A stretch of DNA of 62,080 nt, counting the filler, from Squatina squatina (taxonomy: Eukaryota): NCBI GenBank assembly GCA_031763465.1. It is 3 parts of 3 records of this genome, joined end to end, with 100 filler letters (N's around TTAATTAATTAA, not from the genome) between each part and the next. Parts side by side here need not be neighbours in the genome. Positions count along the whole stretch, not along the records: positions 1 to 28,894 come from JARFOE010000115.1; 2 more parts are not named here. One strand, given 5' to 3'. Positions 1 to 12,826 of the stretch are shown one piece after another (position 1 is the first letter of the stretch; every line of letters begins with the position of its first letter). The position numbers and the translations under genes are program-made. Below the pieces are notes generated by a model. The model searched no databases. It was not told where the DNA came from and saw only the letters and a list, made by a program, of their open reading frames with translations.

Positions 1-110
1 GGCTTTTCTGATTTAAATAACTACTAGGCTTTATTAGTACCAATATTAATTATGGGCATATAAATTCTAATCAGTTTGGTATTTTTAATTTGCAGGGGAC
101 AAACGCACCA

Positions 111-366
111 ATGTCCTCGGGAGCATCTTCAGTTCAGAGATCAAGAGGATCTCATGAGACTCGTAGGAATCAAGAAAGAGTGACCCAATATGACGAGGTC
201 CCTCAAGAAGACCAGCATTTGCATCCATCTGTTCAGGAGAACTTTCTCTCTTCATCAGGTTCCAAATCTCTCAAAGACTGTGATTTAGCAGTCAGTGCAG
301 ATCCACTGCCGCCGCCTCCTCTGCCTCTACAGCCACCAATTGGTCCTGAATTTTATTTGGCTGAAG
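111..366 (+). CDS. MARVELD2: MARVELD2 (tricellulin)-like first coding exon
   Basis: Acceptor ttttaatttgcag ends at 95 and ATG is at 111. Translation MSSGASSVQRSR...QYDEVPQ...AVSADPLPPPPLPLQPPIGPEFY matches the tricellulin N-terminus as recalled (RYDEVP...AVSADPLPPPPLPLQPPFGPDFY). Candidate donor G|GTGACT at 366/367; otherwise stop at 392. May be a paralogue. Confidence 0.8.
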
Positions 367-599
367 GTGACTGGAATTTCCATTTAACTTAAATAAGACA
401 ATTAGGATTAATCTGTAGCATTATTTTGAATATGTAAACGCTCACAATAATGATTAAAAAGAGGAAGAAGATAATTAAAATTTTATGCCACTTTAAGTCC
501 ATGTTTGTTATGAACCTATGTCTGAATTACCTATACAGATTGTTTTCTTCATTTTTTGTCTACTGGTAGATTTGATTTCAGCACCCTAAACAATATTGT

Positions 600-1010
600 A
601 TCTCCCTCTCCACAGGAAAATTCTTTTACTATTCTACAATTGCCTTGGTAGGTAAGGTCAACCTCAGACTCCTTTTCTTCTGCAACCTTCCTCTTTCACC
701 CACCCCAATTGACCTATAATGATGAGAAAGTTGAATTTATTGATTTCTTCATCTTCAAAATTGAGTCGATCTGCCCGGCTGCCTTAGATTGCAACACAAC
801 CTTTTCAGCATGCCTACATCTGCCTTGACCCCAATCACAAAATACTATGTGACTTCTGCCCCATCTCACCATTCTCCCTCATCAAATTCATCTCCGTGAT
901 ATCCACCACCTGCTCCTTCAACCTCCTCTTGACCCAATTCTTGACCCTTAACATAAGTCCATTGCCAACATTAACTACTTCCTTTCCAAAGTATTGTTCT
1001 CCCATCAAAA
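600..1010 (+). mobile_element. Degraded L2-like LINE fragment
   Basis: Pyrimidine-rich decayed sequence resembling L2 ORF2 (FF..KI..I, TTCS..P.. motifs). Boundaries approximate. Confidence 0.4.
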
Positions 1011-1209
1011 CTGCTGGGCTTAATTTTAATCAGGCAGGGCAGCAGTTAAAATGGAACAGGTGAATGTTGTATTCCTTCCCGCCCCATGGCGCTTGACTGC
1101 TTATGTTTTNNNNNNNNNNNNNNNNNNNNNNNNNNNNNNNNNNNNNNNNNNNNNNNNNNNNNNNNNNNNNNNNNNNNNNNNNNNNNNNNNNNNNNNNNNN
1201 NNNNNNNNN

Positions 1210-1520
1210 AACTGTATCCCAGCAAGGAATTACTGTGGAACTGTATGCCAGCAAGGTCCCAATTTGGAACTGCACGCCAGCAAGGTCCCAATTTGGAATA
1301 TAATCCAGCAGGGACTCAGTGCGGAACTGTACCCCAGCAATTACTCAGTGAGGAACTGTACCACAGCAATCACTCAATATGGAACTGTACCCCAGCAAGG
1401 ACTCAGTGAGGAATTGTTCCCCAGCACAGAGTCAATGTGGAACTGTATCCCAGCAAGGACACAATGTGGATCTGTATCCCATCAAGGAGGCAATGTGGAA
1501 CTGTACATCAGCAAGGAATC
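1210..1520 (+). repeat. Minisatellite, ~29-bp unit (GTGGAACTGTAYCCCAGCAAGGACTCAGT)n
   Basis: About 10 direct copies of ggaactgta..ccagcaagga are visible. Confidence 0.9.
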
Positions 1521-2299
1521 AATCCGTTCAGGAGAGGAAGGAACGAGATTGACAGATTATTAATTTATTTTTAAAAGAATGGACATCGTTGTGTAGATTT
1601 GAAGAAATGCATAGCATACATTTAAGGTGTTCTGAATAGATGGCTTTCCTTAAACTGCAAGATGCCAAGTGTAATTCTAACTCAGTCTGGTAAGATAGCT
1701 ATTGACCTGCTGAGCATTTATGTCAGCCCTGGATTTCCGAGTGACAAATGTATTTTTCACAATGATGAATACAAGTACCAAATGGAAAGACTTAAAGTTG
1801 GTTGTATCAGTAAAATAACATCCACTAAGAACTTTCGGTGAATCAAGATGAATCATTTTTAATCAAGATTAAAAAAAATAAATAGGCTCTGGGACCAGGA
1901 CGATGTTCTCTGAAGGTATTATGCAGAAGCAGAACTGTGTATATAAAATGATAATGCAAAATATGTTTCAAAATGAAAAAATAAGATGCCATCATATGAG
2001 CTGCCTTTTTGAGTAATGGGCTGCAGAAAGAATCCAATTATAGAGTATTGAGAAATGAGCAAATTGCACAGGTGAAAAACTTCAAGCGAAAATAGACTTG
2101 TTGATGCAACACGGAGATCTCAAAAACAAACAGAACTAGCCAGTCAACACTATAGAAAAGATTAATTACTTTGTTCAGAACGTCCTCTGAGGAAGTAAAT
2201 TATATTTAGAAAATATTTAAAATAAATTGCAAGTCATAAAAAGTAACAAATACATATTGCTTTCATAAGACAAATGTTTATGGAGAAACTGGTAACATA

Positions 2300-2941
2300 G
2301 GGCAGGCAATTAGGCCTGGGCGCCTACGGGCCAGTGTGGGTGGGAGCCGGAATTTTTCGCGCCGGCTCCGCATAATCGTCGCTGGGTATTGACGTGAGAC
2401 ACAGCGCGCTGATGTCAGGAGCATGGCCAGGCGTCCCTTAAAGGGGAAGGCTGCTGGCCATCCTGACAGCACCCCATGGCACGCCACAGGGCCACCAGCG
2501 ACCGGGACACCAGCCTGGCATGCTAGATGGTGTGCCAGGTGAGGGATGGTTGCCCGATTGGGCCGTGGGCCGCCATCAGTCGGCCGACATGAGAGTTGGC
2601 TGACAAATAAAGAGGCCCTCCCCTTTAAGAGAACTGTCACAGTGACAGGTTTCACTGTTGCTGCAACCGACCAGTGCTGCGGCCACGTCCCATGGGTGAA
2701 TTCTGCCCGCGAGACGCAAAGGGAGCGCTAAGGAGGTCGCGGTCATGCAGTGCGGGTTGGTGCGCATCTTCAGGACGTCACATGCCGAACCACCATGGAA
2801 TCCGGTGGGCCAGGCATAAAGGCTCAGCTGAAATTCCTGGGAGGTGAGATGGCCGCCTCCCGGCACCATTTTGTCCAATATCGCCCCATTAGTGCCCCTC
2901 GAAGGAACGAATGGGGTGCAACAAGAGCTGAATTTCTCCCC
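2300..2941. mobile_element. GC-rich non-autonomous DNA transposon (Harbinger/MITE-like)
   Basis: Ends in ...gctgaatttctcccc. An inverted homologous copy lies at 50530-51123; both translate to CCGHVPWVNSAR. Confidence 0.7.
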
Positions 2942-3199
2942 ATAGAATCTACAGCGCAGAAACAGGCCATTCGACCCAACTAATCTATACCAGTGTTTAT
3001 ACACCACAAGAGCCTTCTTTAACTCTAATTACCTCTTCTTACCCTGCCCGCATAACCTTCTATTCCTTTCTCCTTCATGTATGCATCAAACCTCTCCTTA
3101 AATGTATCACTTTCTCGGCACTCTTTATTTAAAAAATTCCTCCTAAATTCTTTGCAAGATTTGTTGCTGCCTATCTTATATTTATACATTATATTTGAT

Positions 3200-3418
3200 G
3201 AATAGACCTCTACCTTGCGGAGGCTGAATGACAACCCTCCAATATATCCTCCTACGTCCCCCGGATCACGACCTCACCACAAAAATTAAGCCATTGTTTC
3301 CCAGATCATCACTGGCCTGTTTCTCAAATTGTCACTGATCTCATCTCCTCTGTAAATTTTTAATCTCAGAGGCCTCCAACCCCGTACAGCCCGCTTCTAC
3401 CTCGTTCCGAAGATCCAC
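3200..3418 (+). mobile_element. Penelope-like element RT fragment (degraded)
   Basis: Decayed DLYLAEA... and PRTARFYLVPKIH, matching the FYxLPKIHK motif of Penelope-type RT. Confidence 0.7.
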
Positions 3419-3689
3419 NNNNNNNNNNNNNNNNNNNNNNNNNNNNNNNNNNNNNNNNNNNNNNNNNNNNNNNNNNNNNNNNNNNNNNNNNNNNNNNNNN
3501 NNNNNNNNNNNNNNNNNNATTATAATCTTAAGGATTACACAGTGACTAAAAGACTAATGAAGCAAGCAAACAGACAGTATGTTATGCACATTTAGTAATT
3601 GCTTCCCAATGTGGCATCAGTGGAACTGCAGAGCCAGGCTTCTATCTAAGCTCTGAATCCTAACAATCCTGTAGTCTACTTAAACACTT

Positions 3690-4264
3690 GGGGCGCCCAA
3701 TTGGCACTCCAGCGCTAGCGCTAATTGGGCGCAGAATGGGCGTTAGACCCCTAACACCNNNNNNNNNNCGAAATTGGCATCAGAAACGGGCACTAACGGG
3801 GCAGCGCTAGAAATGTGGCGCGAGACGCTAAACTGCCTCCATGATGTCATCAGAGGGTGCACCCCAAAATGGCCACCCAACAAAGAATTGGACTCAATTC
3901 TTTGGGCGCTAAATGGATGGTGACACCACCTGGTTTTTTGGGTGGTAGCACCCGTGCTGACCTTTCTATTAGAGTGCAAAGTCATTGAGAACAAGTGCAG
4001 ACCTTTTTTGCTGCATAAATCCCTGTCTAGAGAGCATTAAAAATGTTTAAATCAGTGTGCGCGACTTAGAACAGCCATTTTTATGAGTCTCGGTGATTTT
4101 GGATGGCCTCTTGAAAAATGCAAAAATCGGACTATTCGGCCATCAATTATGGTGAGGTGGGGATGCAGGTGCAGGGCTGGCTTCCTTTTGGAGCAGAGAG
4201 CCAACTCCAAATGATAGTGACCTTTGCCGAACCCTTCGATCTGTTACCATTCTGACTTTTCATG
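3690..4264 (+). mobile_element. PIF/Harbinger-type element, 5' end
   Basis: Terminus GGGGCGCCCAATTGGCACTC; clearly homologous to 11767-12100. Confidence 0.65.
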
Positions 4265-6540
4265 NNNNNNNNNNNNNNNNNNNNNNNNNNNNNNNNNNNN
4301 NNNNNNNNNNNNNNNNNNNNNNNNNNNNNNNNNNNNNNNNNNNNNNNNNNNNNNNNNNNNNNNNTTACATAGATTACAGTATTAATTAAACAACTTGCTT
4401 AAAACTGCTTCAAGACATTTTACTTTTGTGAAATTTGCAAACAGTAATAAGCAATGTAATCAAAACTCCTGAAAATTGTACAAATTTGTATCATTTTCCA
4501 AAGACTAATTTTGTTACAAGTCACTCATCAAACATGAATGTATTCCCATTTACTGTGCTGTACCCAGTGATTATGAAGGCATTTTAATAAGCATTCTGCA
4601 TGTTCTTTAATTTTCTTGAATCATAAGGGCCTCATAACTCTATGATAATGCAAACACTTTGTAGTTATGAAATGGCCATTTATTATAATTTTGCCTTTCT
4701 TTTCCTCCGATGCATCATTACACTGTTATAAGCAGTTTGCTTCTTAAAAAAAAACCCAAACTGTACAATTGTGTTTATTACCTTAATATCTCTCCACTGT
4801 GAAGAGAAAAGTACATAAGATTGTTTTATNNNNNNNNNNGGACCAAAAGCTGGGTACCTGCCAATAATTAACAAAAAGCATGATTAGACCATCATTAGTA
4901 AGGTCTTTCGGGATATGAAGCACTGCTTACAGTTCATTAAGTAAGGTGATTAGTAAATAGAGGTACAACACAAATCAAGCAGTATGTCAGGTAATTTTTG
5001 TGTCATGTTGCACGAAACCACCTGTCAGGATGTTTTTCAGCCGTAAACTCAATCTGCTATAGTTTCTCCAGCTCTCTCCATTCCTAATTAGTTAGCTTGT
5101 GATAAAAACTGGATTTTTGAGTCCAAAATGGAATTTGAAGTTGCAGCTCAAATTCATTCTATTATACAAATGATTGTAACTCTTGTATCCAATGAGCTTC
5201 CATTCACTTTCTACCAAATCTTTAAATGGTTTGCTATTAATGATGGCCCTGCATTTGCGATGGGAGGCTTCCCGCAGGGAAATGCCTCCAATCCACATTA
5301 AAAAGGCCACTTCCTTGGTGGTCCGGGAGGTACAGAAATTCGCAGTCCTGGGCCTCTCGGGGTATCCACGATTACAGGTCCACGTATCCCAGGGGTGCGC
5401 ATGGATCACGTGGGAGCACATGGGCCAGCCCAACCAATAAAAAAAGGGAATCTCCATTCATGCTGATGGAATATATATGGAAACGTGGATGGAANNNNNN
5501 NNNNNNNNNNNNNNNNNNNNNNNNNNNNNNNNNNNNNNNNNNNNNNNNNNNNNNNNNNNNNNNNNNNNNNNNNNNNNNNNNNNNNNNNNNNNNNTCACTG
5601 AAATGATCAGTCCTTGCTCTGGGTTGACCTCTCTGATCCATTTATAAATCTGAGCAAAATGATTCCCAACAAATATTCCCATCCTTCTCCTTAAGTGATC
5701 TAAGCAGTGCCACTGTGATGCAAGTGCCCCCTTTAAGTAATGACATGGGCTGATAGATTAATGGAAGCACTTAACCCAATTGACATGCTGAACACCTGAA
5801 AAAAACTAAGAAAAACAGGGCTAAGTATATGCCCATTAGCCCTGAAAGTAGCACATGTTTTTAGACAATTTTACACATTTTTTCAAAGTGCTGAAAAGGC
5901 TGGCTTTAGTCTAAAGTTCTAAGCCCAAAACTTAACGCCCAAATATTCATCCATTAGCGCCCAAAACTTCAGGCAATTGAATTTGGTGCCCAAAGACATT
6001 AAGAGAGAAAATATTCCATTGCCAGGAAACAACCTAGAAAATAAGTACAGCCGAACTAAAATTAAAATAAATCAAATCCCCTGAAGGTAATGACCCAGTT
6101 ACATTTCTAAGTGCTTCCATTAGGATTATTCTGAACTGACTAAATCTACTGTTTTCTGAGAAACTGCAGTCAAGAGGAAGTATATTAGTCTCCTTAGGTT
6201 GGTTCAGACTCAAACAAACTGCCAAGAAGGCCCCGCCCCACCTGGTAAAAAGAAAACTACTTTGACTTTTCAATGATTGTGTAAAGAAAAAGGACTTGCT
6301 CAAAATCATGGTTAGATATGCCCCAAAGGAATTCAGTGCTCAATAATTTCCTTGCGCATTTGTGGCAGTACCACTATATTCTTCTCTGCCCTGTGAAGAA
6401 CTCAACTTCATTTAGGAGCAATTTTTCTAATATGAGATCANNNNNNNNNNNNNNNNNNNNNNNNNNNNNNNNNNNNNNNNNNNNNNNNNNNNNNNNNNNN
6501 NNNNNNNNNNNNNNNNNNNNNNNNNNNNNNNNNNNNNNNN

Positions 6541-7560
6541 TGTTACATAACAACAGAACACTTTCTCAAACACTCACATGCATACCCTTGTGCAACTACA
6601 AAGCTTTACTCTTCCTTTTCCTACTGCTCCTACATGGTGCAAATCTTGTAGCTTGAACAGAGGCAGGCTGCTCAGTTTCCTGCTCTGACTGCTGAGATGC
6701 TCTTAGTCGATGACCTCTGGGTTTTGGAGCCTGTGAGAGCCCTGCCAAAGACTGCAACATCTGCACCCCATTGGAAGATGAGGCAGCATGTTGGGTATTG
6801 ACTGGGCTGGGGGTGGGGGGGGGAGGAGCAGGGCAACAGGTGAGAAGTGGGACCATTATGAGTGGAGTCTCCATTTCCATGTCCCCTTTCACCATCATCC
6901 CACTCAGGGGCCAGCCCCACTTCACTGCTTCCACTCTGCTGGAAAGCAGCTTGACACAGATCAGTGATGCAATGCAAGGCTAAGGCATCTGTCATCCTAT
7001 TTAAGGCACCAGACATGTTGCCATCCAGAGTCTGCATAACCGTGGTCAAGGCCTGCATGGACTCATTTGATTGCCGCGATTGATGTTCCATTGAGTTGTC
7101 CAATCTATCTATGCTCTGTGACATAAATCCATTCATGCTTGAGTGGGACTCCTCCATTCTGCTCTGCAATCGTGGACAGTGTGCATGGAAGGTCTGCCAG
7201 TATGGCACAGATTTTCCACTGCATCTCAATGATTTTTTTTTTATGGATGCATCTCAATGATTATTCTTTTCATCGACGGTCCCAGGGGTACAGCTCTGTG
7301 TCCAGCTAAGCAGAGCTTGGAGAGGGCTGCTCCCTCTGACATGGATTCTCTACTGCTGTTCCTGCCAACACCATTTGCTATTGCTCACTTGTGAAGCATG
7401 AGGCACCAGGTGAAAACCCAACTATGTCTAAGTGATCCCACTGAAGTGCGAGTATCTGAGCTGGTGCATGGTATGCATAAATCCTAGGATGGTGCACCCT
7501 CAGAAGGATACAGCTCCTCTAAGGAATCATCCGGGAACTCCACCGTGAAGGCCCTGGTGG
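6541..7560 (-). mobile_element. Probable Harbinger Myb-like accessory ORF, C-terminal remnant
   Basis: Frameshifted minus-strand ORFs (6672-7229, 6596-6934) with Met/Ser/Gln-rich coiled-coil-like character. Assignment is an inference. Confidence 0.4.
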
Positions 7561-10500
7561 AGATAAAAGACATGAATTAGTACTGGCAAGGTTAAGAATG
7601 TTTCAAGTTGTAATTATGAAGATGATCGTATTTCACTCGCTGTTGAAATCAAGTCAACAGGACTGAGTGCCATATGAATCTGTGGTTAATACAATGTATG
7701 ATGCATTTGGAGAAAAAAAAGCAGCATTCTGCTCAAGGCCCATTTTGTCAAGTACGATAAATGAAATATATGGGCCCACAGTGGTAACTCACTTCTCCTA
7801 TCACCTCCTCTATTGAACTCGGCAGATCTGGCATCTATGGTTCTATGTCGTTTTGTATTCAGCAGTAAACGTTCAAGAACAACTAATAATAGTCTGTGAA
7901 CATTAGTGACTCAATGTTGAAAACTATATCGCAGTGGGGAGTTTATCAGATTAAGTTTTTATCAGAGTATTTGGCTTTTGTGAACTGCTCACCAATATTA
8001 GTGAAAGATATTCTACTTCATCGTGTCATTGGTTGATTAAAGCATTCCTTCCGAATGAAAATCGTTTATAGCTATAAATTAATTCTGTCATATAAATGCA
8101 TTTGTAACCCCATTGCTATTTCCTGTCTGCCCATATTAAGAAATATTTTCCTGGAATTCATTCACTCTGAACAATGTGGGCAATAGACAGCTAAAGACAT
8201 GTATTGCACACTGGCTGGCTCAATTTTTGAGGGGGTCTTGATGTAGACACCGGCACANNNNNNNNNNNNNNNNNNNNNNNNNNNNNNNNNNNNNNNNNNN
8301 NNNNNNNNNNNNNNNNNNNNNNNNNNNNNNNNNNNNNNNNNNNNNNNNNNNNNNNNNGGACGCCGTGGAGAACTGCCCTGCTCTTCTTTGAAATAATGCC
8401 ATGGGATCTTTTACGTTCACCTGAGAGAGCAGACAGGGCCTCATTTTAACATTTCCATCGAACATATCCTGTGGATCAAACCATACAGTATCTTGTGTAG
8501 TGAAATCTTCTGATAACCCTTAAAAAGATCATGGAAAATAAAATACGAATACTGTATGACTGTATGTCTGTATTCAGCACTCGGTTTTCTACTGGCTGGA
8601 ATAAAACATTTATTTATAAATTAACACCAACATTAAACGACTGAAGCTGTAGGAATCATCAAAAGCTCCTTAATTTGGGGGCATTTTTGCTTTGTATGGC
8701 ATTCAATATTTTGATACCTATAAGAAAGCTGCGTTCTAAGAAGGACTAAAAGTCTGTTATTGACACTACTCCAGGCTGAACTGCAGGGGGAGTGGATTAG
8801 TACCGAGTGCAAGGACATTCACTTCTGATTATTATCCAGAATGCCTTAGGCAAAGCCAAAAAATCTGTGACATCCCCTGAGCTGGCCTAGAGAGTATGGG
8901 AATTAATGAAGTTGATAGTCTGGAATGTTAAATTGTTTCATCATTCATGTCATCAAAGTAAATCCTTGAGCTAATAGCATGCTTTTAAAATTCTGACAGC
9001 TAATGGTCCCTATTAAAATCCATTGCTGAAAAGTTCACCTTGTATTTCATTGTCAAAGTTATGTTTCTCTCTTCCTTTCATATAACGGCACCACTGAATA
9101 ATTTCAACAGTTGAACAGATAATATGAAAATCATGATTGAGAACCAACCTACGACATATTCATTAAAAACAATGAGAAGTGAACAGGGAAAAGCATATAT
9201 TTAGGTATAATATTGAAGGTGTATGTGCATACAATCATATAGGCTTTCAGAACTTCAAACCTTTAAATATAGATGATTTTCTACAGTGTTGCACCTGGAC
9301 CAAATGATGCACCAAAGAGTAAGGAGTGAGTTAACATAAAAGAAGGATTAGACCCAGTAGCCTGGACTTGCCATCAGATCTGCCCAATTTATGGGCGTGA
9401 AGCTGGTGAACCCAACTGGATTATAGGACAGAGTTCTTTGATGCCGGATCTCCACCCACTTGTACATCACTCATTTTAGGTCATAATTTCTAGTACTCCC
9501 AGGAAGCATTTTTGAGAATTTGCATGTAAATAAGGTGAAAATTACATGGCTTAGAGTTTCTGCTTGGTTGCGCTGGTTTTTCTAGTGCTATTCGCCTGAA
9601 ATTGACCAAACCAGTTCAAAAGATTGAGGATTTTTAAGCACAAGTTACGTCCAGTGCAAATGGAGGTTCCTCTATCAATTGCCCTGGTTTTAAAAACATT
9701 GTGCTAGAAGCCGGCCCTGCCCTCCAAACTGGCCACGCCACCAATTAATCGAGTTTCTGCTANNNNNNNNNNNNNNNNNNNNNNNNNNNNNNNNNNNNNN
9801 NNNNNNNNNNNNNNNNNNNNNNNNNNNNNNNNNNNNNNNNNNNNNNNNNNNNNNNNNNNNNNTTCCACATTGAAGTAGAATGAATTTTCCTTGAAACATA
9901 CCTGCACAGAACTGTGAGATACAAGTACCCCATAAGAAGTGAAACAACTTCTATTCTGTAGCATGGTCATTCTTTGTATTGATGTGTACACGTGGATTTA
10001 TGAAATTAATTGAAACTGTAACTATTTGGAAATATTAGTACCCATAAATACACAAATTTCAGTATAGAGCATCAATATCTAGACTATTGAATCAAATTTG
10101 TAATAAAGAATGAAGACAATGAATACAGTCTGCAGACAGTGCTAGAATTGCTATACCTAATCAAAGAAAGGAAAGCAAAAAAACAACCTTACATAAAAGT
10201 CCAGTTGCTACCTATGTTTAGGTTTAGTCATGAGAAAAGATGAAAAGCTCTTTCAGTGCAATGACAGGAGAAAAGTAGGTCTCCCACTCAGTGCCAACTC
10301 ATCAGTACCCCACCCCCACATCAAATATAACATCTCAGCACAGAAGCAAATTGTAATTAGGGCTATGATGTGTTCCAATTTCCAGGATTTAAACTTTAAA
10401 GCTATGTTATTAAATTGTCAGTGAAATATGGCTATCATTTTTCTACATAGCTCCACAGAAAGAATGCCTACTATGCTGTAACATGCTAAAGTAATATTTA

Positions 10501-11766
10501 ATTCTTAAAGCGATAGTCACGTTTTTGCTGATTCATTGTCCAGCAGGCACCTCAAAGCACTGGAGAAATACCACCAACGCTGCCTCCCTGCAAATCCACT
10601 GGCAGGACAAATGCACCAACGTCAGCGTTNNNNNNNNNNNNNNNNNNNNNNNNNNNNNNNNNNNNNNNNNNNNNNNNNNNNNNNNNNNNNNNNNNNNNNN
10701 NNNNNNNNNNNNNNNNNNNNNNNNNNNNNAACATTTGTCAACAGAAAGCCCAATAGAGCGGGGCAAATCAACTGATTACAATGCAAAGCATGTTTTTTTT
10801 TAATTTATAGCTCCAACCATGCCATCTCTTTGCTTCAAATTTAATTTTTGTATAAGAGTAAGAGATTAATTTTCCACACAATACAACTATATGGTTGAAA
10901 CGGCAATCTCCTGAGTATTATTTATTTCAAAATAGTTAATCAGGTCACGTTCTCAGTGCTTGGCCAGATCTGATTCTTTTAATAATGAGCTGTTAAGCAG
11001 GGCCAAGATATTAATCAAATCATTCCCTGCTACATCTGAAACCAGCAACAGGTTCTTGATCAATAACAAAGAGTCTAACTGAGGCTGACGAGAATGAGCA
11101 CTCTCTGTCATTTGGGTGAAATATCCACCAAATATGCACAAACACTAACTCTTCCCTCATTGCCCTCAGAACAGCAGAGTCAGGCCCATGTAAATTTGTG
11201 TCATCATCTCTGATGTATCTCATCAGGAATTGTGTTCTACTTCTCTGCTTCCAGATTAATAAATCAGTATTCAGCCACTAGAAGTGGGAGGCCAGTGCAG
11301 CCAATAAATTTAACAGCCCGGATTGGGTCAATAAACGTTTTCTACCAGAGGATTTAATTTGTTTTGTCGGTTTTAATTCCATGTTGCGTTTTTGAGTATG
11401 TACAGAACACAGCAGACAAAATTTTCCACTAATGTATTTATGTACCAATTCAGCAAAACAGCAATTGGACCATTAACTTGATCCACCCACGAATAGTTGT
11501 GATCTGCCATTTTGTAATACTTTGAATGCCTTTTGGCAACAGTACTACAACTCACAATGTCAATACCAGGTGTCTTAATTCAGTACATTCAAAGGGAAGT
11601 TCACCGGTGTCATCATCAAAGGAAATGGTGGCTGGAGGTAAGACTACATGCTGTAGGACGAATTCTCTGGCCCACACACTTGAATATAGCATCAAGCTGA
11701 GGTTCATGCTACTTTAATTTATTTGTCCATAGTTAATGTTGTTTTCTTTCTTGTGTAATAAAGCTA

Positions 11767-12594
11767 GGGTGCCCAATTGGCACTCTGGTGCTAGTGTTAA
11801 TTGGGCGTAAAATGGGCGTTAGTGGTCTAAAGCCCATTTTTGCCGCTAAATTAAAATTTGCAAAATTGGCCTAAGTTTAACACCGGCGCTAAATGGGTGC
11901 TAATGTGGGGAGCACTGGAAACGTGGCACTAGGCGCAAAATGGCCTCCATGACATCATCAGAGGGTGCAACACCCAAAATGGCCGCCTGACAAAGAATTG
12001 GCCTCAATTCCCTTGGCGTTAAACTGGCAGGGACACCGCCTGCTTCTTTTGGGGCGGTGACACCCAGGACGACTAAAAATTTGAGTGCTATTGAAGCTGC
12101 TGTGAGCAGCATCCATTTTGATGCGAGAAGTCGATGCCTTCTTGCTGCAACCTCTTTCTTGCCATCTCCAGAGCTTCAGACACTTTCATTTCACCTGTAT
12201 CACATGATTCTGCAAGTTAAGTCTTTCATTTCCCTTTTGCAGTCATCGATAATGGGGGCTGTACTAGCTGTTGACTGGGAACTGCACCGTCACTACATGT
12301 TATACCTGAGGTATAGGGATCAACTGCTGCTTCAACAGAGAGAGCGAAGGGGAAAAATAAATGAAGGAAGGGACCAGCCTGCACCAGCTGTCCCTGATGA
12401 CCATGCCCATTAGGCCGCTGACTTGGCTCAGCCACCTTAACCAGCTGATGAAGTTGCAGGACCTCCACCTGTACCTGCAAGAGGGCATAGAGGAAGGGGA
12501 CATAGAAGGAGGTATGCCTACCAAGTCTTCAGACTTCAGTTCAGCAACCTCCAAATGACAGATGATCAATGCCTTTAAAGACTCTGCTTTAAGA
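11767..12594 (+). mobile_element. PIF/Harbinger transposon 5' part with degenerate transposase N-terminus
   Basis: Terminus GGGTGCCCAATTGGCAC. About 12480-12594 reads RRRYAYQVFRLQFSNLQMTDDQCL*RLCFK, like the N-terminus of HARBI1-type transposases, with an in-frame stop. Confidence 0.65.
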
Positions 12595-12694
12595 NNNNNN
12601 NNNNNNNNNNNNNNNNNNNNNNNNNNNNNNNNNNNNNNNNNNNNNNNNNNNNNNNNNNNNNNNNNNNNNNNNNNNNNNNNNNNNNNNNNNNNNN

Positions 12695-12826
12695 GAGAAG
12701 CCCTTTGAGTGCCCTTTATGCAAGAAGCGCTTTTACAGATCCAGTAACCTGACTCGGCACCAGCGAGGAGAAGGACACGATGAGAAAGGTAAAGCGTGCC
12801 AAGCTCATTCGACAGTGATGATGTGA
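12695..12826 (+). CDS. C2H2 zinc-finger protein, last finger and stop (5' part lost in gap)
   Basis: EKPFECPLCKKRFYRSSNLTRHQRGEGH...MM*: (TG)EKPF linker, CxxC, F, L, HX5H. Confidence 0.8.
   Translation, partial: EKPFECPLCKKRFYRSSNLTRHQRGEGHDEKGKACQAHSTVMM

Noticed and set aside
1051-1563. 170-aa ORF
   Set aside because: Made of an N gap plus a minisatellite; the many other X-containing ORFs are likewise gap artefacts.
5092-5457. 121-aa minus-strand ORF
   Set aside because: No recognisable domain or splice context; overlaps what looks like a GC-richer repeat fragment.
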